This document shows, in pieces, positions 38,779 to 45,758 of a DNA stretch of 60,043 bases. Within the stretch, counting starts at the first letter, position 1, and every line of letters begins with the position of its first letter. The stretch is from a bacterium UBP6_UBA1177 (GTDB lineage Bacteria > UBP6 > UBA1177), in contig DBYV01000044.1 in the NCBI GenBank assembly GCA_002310995.1, forward strand, positions 25,635 to 85,677. Direction: 5' to 3'. The notes under the pieces are model-generated. The model did not search any database. It saw nothing but the letters and a program-made list of their open reading frames with translations, and was not told the DNA's origin. A program made the translations under genes and the position numbers.

Positions 38779-39669
38779 ATGAGTAGCATAGTTTTGGAAC
38801 TCCAAAGAGAGGTGATAAGGGAAGGCTGCGATGTTTTAAATCTTCTAAGAAAAGCACATGTTATTGCTGCAAAACTCAACTTGGAAAAATTCGATAAGTG
38901 GGTTTTGTCAGAGTTAAATGGCTATAAAAACAAAGATTCCATACCAGAATATCGTTCTATAAACGGATCTTTAAAGGGATGGAATCCTTATCATGGTTGG
39001 CTTACGGTTACGTTGTTAGATAAAAGTTTGGAAAAAGTGCTTTGTACAAAAAAAGAAGGAGAATCTCTTGGGGCTTTAATTGAACTTGAAAAAAAATCTG
39101 ACGGCTTTTTTTTGATTTATTTCAATGCCGAATTGAACTCGATAGTAAATTCTTTACGTGAATTCCCTCTACCAACGCGATACTCGTTGCATTGTAGTTC
39201 ACATCAAATAAAATCAATAGTCGAACATGTGAAGAATACTATATTGGAATGGACAATTAGACTTGAAACGGAAGGAATATTGGGGGAAGAAATGCAATTT
39301 AATTCTGAAGAAAAAGAGTCAGCAAAACGGATTACTCAGACGATAAATATTTATGGTAGTGCAAATGTTATCAATGGTGATGCCCCAAACTCTGCAATTG
39401 TTGCTGGAAACGAAAATACAGTCACATATACTTCAAAAGTGCTGAATGCTGTTTCCGAAATTGAATCGTCCTTGAATAACGAAGATATTTCATCCGAAGA
39501 TAAAGAAACAGCAATTGAAATGATCGCAGACATCAAGGAAAAAGTATCGCAGGAGAAAAAGTCGAGTATTTTGAGATCTGCATTTATAGGTTTGTTAGAT
39601 TTCGTAAGTGGAGTAGGCGCCAGTCTTACTGCCGCGCTAATTCAATCGAAAATACAGGGATTGTTCTGA
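38779..39669 (+). CDS. AbiTii-domain protein
   Basis: IVLELQ...LLRKAHVIAAKL...WVLSELNGY...PEYRSI...NPYHGW resembles the AbiTii domain; hydrophobic C-terminal helix. Confidence 0.75.
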   Translation: MSSIVLELQREVIREGCDVLNLLRKAHVIAAKLNLEKFDKWVLSELNGYKNKDSIPEYRSINGSLKGWNPYHGWLTVTLLDKSLEKVLCTKKEGESLGALIELEKKSDGFFLIYFNAELNSIVNSLREFPLPTRYSLHCSSHQIKSIVEHVKNTILEWTIRLETEGILGEEMQFNSEEKESAKRITQTINIYGSANVINGDAPNSAIVAGNENTVTYTSKVLNAVSEIESSLNNEDISSEDKETAIEMIADIKEKVSQEKKSSILRSAFIGLLDFVSGVGASLTAALIQSKIQGLF

Positions 39670-39691
39670 GATATTACAGAGGTGTACTGCT

Positions 39692-40624
39692 ATGGCACGA
39701 AAGAAAGTTGAAACAATAGTCAAAGATAAAATAAAACCTTTTTTACTTAAAGACAAGGACAGTGACTTTTTGGATCAGTTATCTCGGCAATATTCTTATA
39801 GATTGCTTGTAAACAGCATTGATGAGGCTACAAAATATCTTGAATATGATGAGAATGGGCAAGTAATCGAAGCGTCAATACAACGATTCTTAAAAAAAAT
39901 CGATAGCATCGCTCATAATAAATCTCTTCCGCTAATTGAGCAAAAGATTGTTCATATAGATAATAAGGGAAAAAAATATATTATGGAGTGGGACTCGCAA
40001 GAAGCTTGTGTTTTGTTACAGGCTTGTGTCAAGGGATTGAAGTCATTAAGATGGTCAAACGAAAGAATAGTAAAAGAATTTCTAGAGGAAACTTTGACCG
40101 AGACGAGAAATGTAGAGTGGTCTACATGGTTCAAAAAAATTAAAAAATTTAATAATAAGATTAAGAAGTCGATAAAAAACGATAATAGAACTATCAAGCA
40201 ATCCGGAACGATTTTACCAGAAGGACTTTTTGTGGAACTGCCACATAATTTTGGTTCTATTTGTAAACAAATCAATGCAAGTTACGAAAATCATCTTTAC
40301 GATTGCACGGCAGTAATGATGCGCCATTTACTAGAAATTTTGCTAGTTTTATCTTATCAAAAAGCTAACATTGAGAATGAAATAATGGCCAGTGATGGAA
40401 AACATCATGTTCCGCTTGACTCTATGATAAAAAATGCAGTTAATAATTCAAAATTAGCTCTCTCGTTAAGCACAAAAAACGACATGAGACATTTTAAAGA
40501 TTTGGGTAATTATTCTGCACATAAAATTTGGTATAGCTGCACTAAAGGAGATTTAGAACCTCATATACTTAAATATCGAGCTATTATTGAAGAACTCTTT
40601 TATAAATCTGGGATTAAAAAATAA
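39692..40624 (+). CDS. Unknown N-terminal domain + DUF4145/HEPN-like C-terminal domain
   Basis: QINASYENHLYDCTAVMMRHLLE...LGNYSAH is typical of DUF4145. Confidence 0.65.
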   Translation: MARKKVETIVKDKIKPFLLKDKDSDFLDQLSRQYSYRLLVNSIDEATKYLEYDENGQVIEASIQRFLKKIDSIAHNKSLPLIEQKIVHIDNKGKKYIMEWDSQEACVLLQACVKGLKSLRWSNERIVKEFLEETLTETRNVEWSTWFKKIKKFNNKIKKSIKNDNRTIKQSGTILPEGLFVELPHNFGSICKQINASYENHLYDCTAVMMRHLLEILLVLSYQKANIENEIMASDGKHHVPLDSMIKNAVNNSKLALSLSTKNDMRHFKDLGNYSAHKIWYSCTKGDLEPHILKYRAIIEELFYKSGIKK

Positions 40625-40650
40625 GTTCTGGAACAAACCCAACAATCCCA

Positions 40651-40750
40651 CTCATTGAAATCAAATTCTGCGAAAGTCGAGTCCTTGAAGTTGAGCAATA
40701 AACACTTGAATTTATTTGGATATCCGTTTAAGGTCGAAATTTTTGACCTT
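40651..40750. repeat. About 100-bp degenerate direct repeat, left copy (decayed AlbA_2 mini-ORF plus palindrome)
   Basis: Ungapped alignment to 42731-42830 gives 73/100 identities by manual count. Confidence 0.85.
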
Positions 40751-40780
40751 AGACGAAGACCTATTTTTTTCTGATTTCGC

Positions 40781-40860
40781 GAGACGTTTCAGGAAACGCC
40801 TCTACCGATTTTAGGCGCCCCTGATTTCAGGGGAGCTGCCGCAAGCGGCTGAGGGGTCTG
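40781..40860. repeat. REP-like composite element (GTAG-type hairpin plus double hairpin)
   Basis: GAGACGTTTC-AG-GAAACGCCTC-TAC; CCCCTGA-TT-TCAGGGG; GCCGC-AA-GCGGC. Confidence 0.75.
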
Positions 40861-40985
40861 TAAGGATTGCAAATCCGCAGACAAAAATTCCAAAATAATC
40901 TTAAAATAAAAAACAAAAAATAATTTGACTTTCTTGATAAATACATAAATTTTGCTGAGATTGTTTGGAAACGGAGCCCAACCCG

Positions 40986-41099
40986 ATGACCCCACTCAAT
41001 AAACTCAAATCCGGCGAGAGCCGAACCCTTGAATTTAAGCGGGAACTGCCGCAGAATGCGGGAAAGAGGGGGAACGGCGATAATTTGGAGGAAATATAA
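40986..41099 (+). pseudogene. 37-aa mini-ORF encoding an AlbA_2 N-terminal fragment
   Basis: MTPLNKLKSGESRTLEFKRELPQNA...; the stop abuts the ATG at 41100. Confidence 0.7.
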
Positions 41100-42725
41100 A
41101 TGAATCTCGATATCAATCAAAAGTTGGACGAACTTCTTTCGATGAAATATGAAACTGAGACCGTTGAATTTAAAGAAGCTAAAGAGACTTTTGCTTTTGA
41201 TGATCTCGGAAAATATTTTTCAGCTTTGAGCAATGAAGCGAACCTTCACAATGAAAAATATGCATGGCTCGTTTTTGGTGTTGAAGACAAAAAACACAAT
41301 ATTGTCGGGACAAATTACAAAAATGATGACAAGTCTTTGCTGGCTCTGAAAGAGGAAATGGGAAAGCAGACTACAGGAAATTTAACTTTTGTCGAAATAT
41401 ATACTTGCCTTAGAAAAGCCAAAAATAACGAGGAAAAACGAGTTCTTGTTTTCCAAATTCCGGCTGCTCCGTGCGGAATGCCGGTTGCATTCAAAAGAAT
41501 GTATTACGGGCGTGACGGCGAGGCTCTTGTCGGGCTGAGTATCGAAAAAATCGAGAGGATCCGCGCCCAGAATGTTACGAATGACTGGAGTGCGCAGATC
41601 ATTCCAAACGCTACGTTCGAGCATCTTTCAAAAGAGGCGATTTCGCTTGCGCGGAAAATGTATGCCGAAAAGAATCCTCATCTTGCTTCTGATATTGAGC
41701 GTTGGAGCGATTCGACTTTTTTGAATAATGCACGGCTTACACGCGAAGGCAAGATCACCAATACGACGATCCTGCTTTTGGGAAAGCCAGAATCGGCAGA
41801 TTTGATTATTCCGGCTATCAGTCAAATTACCTGGATTCTGAAAGACCGTGACGGCATGGTAAGGGATTATGAACATTTTTACTGCCCGCTCATTGTTTCG
41901 GCAGAGAAAGTTCAGGCAAAAATACGAAATCTAACATCCCGTTACATGACCGGCGATTCGATTTTTCCGAAAGAAACTTTGCAGTACGATCCTTACATTA
42001 TCCGCGAGGCGTTGAACAACGCTATCGCTCATCAGGATTATTCAAAAGCGGGAAGAATCACCGTTCAGGAGCACGAAGACGACTATCTGATTTTCTGCAA
42101 CTGCGGCGATTTTATTCCGGGAAGCATAAAAAATGTTTTGAAAGCTGAATATTCTGCGAGCAATTACCGCAATCCGTTTCTTGCGACTGCAATGGTCAAT
42201 CTGAACATGATCGACACTGTCGGAAGCGGTATCCTGAAAATGTTCCTTGCTCAGAAAAAGAGATGTTTTCCTTTGCCCGATTACGATTTTTCAAATCACG
42301 AAGTACGCATGAAACTTTATGGCAAAATCCTGGATATAAACTATACCAGGCGGCTCCTGAATGAAGATTTGCCGCTTTCTGAAGTCTTCGAATTGGATAG
42401 AAAACAGAAAGAAGAATTCATTTCGCATAGAAACGATCCTGTAAAAGAACAAGTAAAGGAACAAGTAAATGTCCAAGAAAATGTCCAAGAAAATGTCCAA
42501 GAAAAAGGAGTAAATGTCCAAGAAAATGTCCAAGAAAAAACTCGAGAAGAAATGATACTAAATCTTTTGCAGAACAATAATACAATCTCGATACGAGAAC
42601 TTGCAGAGCAATTAAATATGACTGCAAAAACGATTCAGCGAGATTTAGATAAATTAAAGTCACAAAACCTTATCCGCCGCATAGGTCCGAACAAAGGCGG
42701 TCACTGGGAGGTGATTAAAAAATGA
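41100..42725 (+). CDS. Schlafen/AlbA_2 domain + HATPase_c_4 (RecG C-terminal-like) + HTH protein
   Basis: ETVEFKEA...SALSNEA...LVFGVED; IREALNNAIAHQDY; RNPFLA; GSG; C-terminal DeoR-like HTH ending GGHWEV. Confidence 0.88.
   Translation: MNLDINQKLDELLSMKYETETVEFKEAKETFAFDDLGKYFSALSNEANLHNEKYAWLVFGVEDKKHNIVGTNYKNDDKSLLALKEEMGKQTTGNLTFVEIYTCLRKAKNNEEKRVLVFQIPAAPCGMPVAFKRMYYGRDGEALVGLSIEKIERIRAQNVTNDWSAQIIPNATFEHLSKEAISLARKMYAEKNPHLASDIERWSDSTFLNNARLTREGKITNTTILLLGKPESADLIIPAISQITWILKDRDGMVRDYEHFYCPLIVSAEKVQAKIRNLTSRYMTGDSIFPKETLQYDPYIIREALNNAIAHQDYSKAGRITVQEHEDDYLIFCNCGDFIPGSIKNVLKAEYSASNYRNPFLATAMVNLNMIDTVGSGILKMFLAQKKRCFPLPDYDFSNHEVRMKLYGKILDINYTRRLLNEDLPLSEVFELDRKQKEEFISHRNDPVKEQVKEQVNVQENVQENVQEKGVNVQENVQEKTREEMILNLLQNNNTISIRELAEQLNMTAKTIQRDLDKLKSQNLIRRIGPNKGGHWEVIKK
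42441..42540 (+). repeat. Intragenic 12-nt tandem repeat (VQEN/VKEQ)
   Basis: gtccaagaaaat units encoding VKEQVKEQVNVQENVQENVQEKGVNVQENVQEK. Confidence 0.95.
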
Positions 42726-42781
42726 CCTTACTCGATGAAATCAAATCCGGCGAAAGCCAAACTCTCGAATTTAAACAGTAA
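42722..42781 (+). pseudogene. 19-aa mini-ORF encoding an AlbA_2 N-terminal fragment
   Basis: MTLLDEIKSGESQTLEFKQ*; ATGA overlap with the upstream stop. Confidence 0.75.
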
Positions 42782-42830
42782 CCATCTGAATTTATTTGAA
42801 AATCCGTTCGAGGTGCAATTTTTGCACCTC
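42731..42830. repeat. About 100-bp degenerate direct repeat, right copy
   Basis: Colinear with 40651-40750; contains the palindrome CGAGGTGCAA-T-TTTGCACCTCG. Confidence 0.85.
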
Positions 42831-42903
42831 GATGCAATCAATCTGACCAGCGCAAGATAACTCACCAAAATAATTCCCATTTACGTTCAAAAGCATAGAT
42901 GTT

Positions 42904-43060
42904 TCTACCGCTTCTTGCCTCCCATGAAGTAGGAGAGGTGTCACGCAGTGACGGAGAGGTCTGAGATGTTTCTACCGCTTCTTGCCTCCACTGAGTTTAG
43001 GTGTTTTTACCGATTCTCGGCTCCCCTGAAGTAGGGGAGCTGCCGAAGGCTGAGGGGTCT
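42904..43060. repeat. Cluster of three REP-like double-hairpin units (one partial)
   Basis: Units start t(c/t)taccg at about 42904, 42970 and 43006; CTCCCC-N7-GGGGAG, GTCAC-GCA-GTGAC, GCC-GAA-GGC. Confidence 0.8.
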
Positions 43061-43090
43061 ATTCGGTGTCATATTAACTGATAAAATTTC

Positions 43091-43118
43091 TTCACAAACA
43101 AAAGCAAGAGACTATACT
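43091..43118 (+). promoter_or_regulatory. Sigma70-like promoter
   Basis: TTCACA-N16-TATACT then ctCGCG and a T-tract. Confidence 0.55.
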
Positions 43119-43161
43119 CTCGCGTCATTTTTTTGTTTTTTATAAATTTTTGGAGGCTATT

Positions 43162-44376
43162 ATGACTACAAGACTTGAAAACGCTCTTAACAATCATGTC
43201 AACGAGCTCAAAGCAAAAGGAACGGCTAAAGGCGACGAAATGGTCATCACCAAAATTCTCCCGCCCGAAGGCGCAAACGGCCCGCGTTATGTCGTTGAAG
43301 GTTATGAACAGAAGTTTATCAAAATGAATTCAAACAGTTACCTCGGTCTTTCAATGAGAAAGGAAGTCATCGAAGCAGAGGAAGAGGGAACGAAAAACTT
43401 TGGTGTCGGTCCCGGTGCTGTCCGCTTCATTTCCGGAACCCACAAGGCTCACATCGACCTTGAAAAAAGACTCGCGAAGTTCCACGGCAGAGAATCGGCA
43501 ATGCTTTTCTCAAGCGCTTACGTCACTTCGATGGGCGTTATTTTCCCGCTTATCACCAATGAAACAGTCATCATCAGCGACGAGCTCAACCACAACTGCA
43601 TCATCAACGCGATGAAACTTTCCCGTCCGGCACTCAAACTTATATACAAACACAACAGCATGGAAGACCTTGAAGCAAAACTTCAGGAAGCTGTAGGCAA
43701 AGGCAAAAGATGCATCGTCGTAACAGACGGCGTTTTCTCGATGAGAGGCGACTTCTGCCCGTTCGACAAATTCACGGCGATCTGCAGGAAATACAACGAC
43801 AAATTCGAAGAAGGCGTAACGACTGTTGCTGACGATTCCCACGGTGTAGGCGCTTACGGCAAGACCGGAAGAGGAACAGAGGAAGTTACCGGCGCGAAAG
43901 TCGACATCCTTATCGGCACGCTCGGAAAATCATACGGCGTAAACGGCGGATACGTTGTCGCATCCAAAGCAGTAACCGAATTCTTGAGACAGACCGCTCC
44001 GATGTATATCTACTCGAACCCGATCACGGTCGGCGAAGCTTACGCAGTTCTCAAAGTTCTCGACATCCTTGAAAGCGAAGAAGGCATCAAACGCCTTGCA
44101 CACCTTGCAGAAATCACAGCAAGATTCGAAAAAGGACTCGTTGACAACGGCTTCGAGACGATCGCAGGTCCGCACCCCGTAACTCCGCTCATGGTCAGAG
44201 ACACCAAAAAGACGGCAGACATCGTTGCATGGCTCACGAAGAACGGCGTCCTCGCAACGGCTATGAACTACCCGGTAGTTCCGAAAGGCGACGAAGAGAT
44301 CCGTTTCCAGATCAACGCGGACCACACCGCAGCCGATATCGACTACGTAATCAACGTTCTGAAATCATTTAAATAA
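43162..44376 (+). CDS. PLP-dependent alpha-oxoamine synthase (Kbl/BioF family)
   Basis: NSYLGL, SDELNHNCII, DGVFSMRGD, DDSHG, GTLGK (PLP Lys); GGAGG RBS before ATG 43162. Confidence 0.9.
   Translation: MTTRLENALNNHVNELKAKGTAKGDEMVITKILPPEGANGPRYVVEGYEQKFIKMNSNSYLGLSMRKEVIEAEEEGTKNFGVGPGAVRFISGTHKAHIDLEKRLAKFHGRESAMLFSSAYVTSMGVIFPLITNETVIISDELNHNCIINAMKLSRPALKLIYKHNSMEDLEAKLQEAVGKGKRCIVVTDGVFSMRGDFCPFDKFTAICRKYNDKFEEGVTTVADDSHGVGAYGKTGRGTEEVTGAKVDILIGTLGKSYGVNGGYVVASKAVTEFLRQTAPMYIYSNPITVGEAYAVLKVLDILESEEGIKRLAHLAEITARFEKGLVDNGFETIAGPHPVTPLMVRDTKKTADIVAWLTKNGVLATAMNYPVVPKGDEEIRFQINADHTAADIDYVINVLKSFK
44335..44376. repeat. 42-bp direct repeat, left copy (3' end of the Kbl/BioF gene)
   Basis: gatatcgactacgtaatcaacgttctgaaatcatttaaataa; 39/42 identical to 45581-45622. 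Confidence 0.97.
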
Positions 44377-44393
44377 TCCCGTTTTTATCATCG

Positions 44394-44419
44394 GTAGAGA
44401 CGTCATAATACGGTGTCTC
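44394..44419 (+). repeat. Degenerate GTAG-type REP-like hairpin
   Basis: GTAGAGACG-tcataatacggt-GTCTC. Confidence 0.45.
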
Positions 44420-44462
44420 AGACCACAAAACCAGCAACAATCAAAATAGAAACTATTGTTAA

Positions 44463-44498
44463 TTATTATTGACAAAATAATTTCTTTGTTAATAATAA
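44463..44498 (+). promoter_or_regulatory. Palindromic operator overlapping the promoter of the hipBA-like operon
   Basis: TTATTATTGACAAA-N8-TTTGTTAATAATAA (13/14 inverted match); contains TTGACA-N16-AATAAT. Confidence 0.7.
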
Positions 44499-44552
44499 TA
44501 AAAGTTGTTCTTGTTTTTGGGGGTCGTTTTGAAAGGACACAGCATTATCGTT

Positions 44553-44852
44553 ATGCCTTCGACGCAGAAAATTCTTGAGCAAATGGGAGAGCAGATAAAA
44601 CTTGCCCGCCTCAGAAGAAAACTCAGCGCGGAACTTGTGGCGGAACGTGCCGGAGTAAGCCGTGTCACGCTTTGGAACATCGAAAAAGGCTCGCCGTCAG
44701 TTGCGATGGGAGCTTATGCGGCAGTCCTTCATGCAATCGGCGGAATGGACAGAGACCTGCTTTTGATTGCGAAAGACGACGAACTCGGGCGGAAACTTCA
44801 GGATCTCGGGCTTCTGCCGAAAAAACGGGCTCCGAAAAAGGAGGCTGAATAA
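44553..44852 (+). CDS. XRE-family HTH protein (HipB-like antitoxin)
   Basis: GEQIKLARLRRKLSAELVAERAGVSRVTLWNIEKG; start uncertain (TTG 44529 also possible). Confidence 0.85.
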   Translation: MPSTQKILEQMGEQIKLARLRRKLSAELVAERAGVSRVTLWNIEKGSPSVAMGAYAAVLHAIGGMDRDLLLIAKDDELGRKLQDLGLLPKKRAPKKEAE

Positions 44853-45596
44853 TGGCAGCGGGAGAGAAAAAAATATATGTTTACGAAAACTGGTCATCGG
44901 AAATTCCGCGCGAACTCGGTATTTTGTATGTCAGCAATGTCCGAGGAACGGAGACTTTTTCCTTCGAATACAACGAAGAATATCTGAAAAATCCTGTTTC
45001 GTGCAGTATAGATCCGGATCTGGAGCTTTTTCAGGGCAGACAGTTCACGTATCAAAAACCTAATTTCGGTATTTTTTCCGATTCCGTTCCGGACAGATGG
45101 GGTCGCACTCTCATGGATCGTCGTGAAAGATTCCGTGCAAAGGAAGAAGGGCGTAAACCTCGGACTCTGCTTACAAGCGATTATAAAAAACGGTGCAAAA
45201 CCAAAAGAGGATCTTACCGAACTCTGGAAAAGAATCGTTTTCAATATGGCGGTTTCCAACACAGACGATCACCTCAGAAACCACGGTTTTATCCTTTCCA
45301 AAAACGGCTGGAGGCTTTCTCCTGCTTACGATATAAACCCGAATCCTGCAGGAGAGGGACTTGCGCTGAATGTCAGCGAAAACGATAATTCAATCGATAT
45401 AAATCTCGCGCTGAGCACTCACAGATTCTATCAGCTTGAAAAAGATAAAGCTGCAAAAATCGCTTCGGAAATATGTCTTGCCGTCAGCAGAAACTGGGAG
45501 AAAATTGCTTCAAAACACGGAATCAGCCGCAGCATGATTGAACTTATGCGACCTGCGTTCAACGCAGCGGTTAAGAATAAGATATCGACTACGTAA
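44852..45596 (+). pseudogene. hipA: HipA-family kinase toxin, internally deleted and frameshifted
   Basis: N-terminal FSFEY...FGIFSDSVPDRWGR in one frame; C-terminal NTDDHLRNHG...LSPAYD in another; they meet near gattat at 45179-45184 with the central part absent. Confidence 0.85.
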
Positions 45597-45622
45597 TCAA
45601 CGTTCTGAAATCGTTCAAATAG
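45581..45622. repeat. 42-bp direct repeat, right copy
   Basis: gatatcgactacgtaatcaacgttctgaaatcgttcaaatag. Confidence 0.97.
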
Positions 45623-45758
45623 TCTTTTAAATCTCTGACTTAATCTCGCATTTTCCTTAAAATCGAGTATAATCCTCTGTTTTTTGTTACGTTTGAAATG
45701 TCTTTAAAATTGAAAATTTCGGTACAAATGAAAAGTCGGGATGTTTTTTGAGGGTAAA

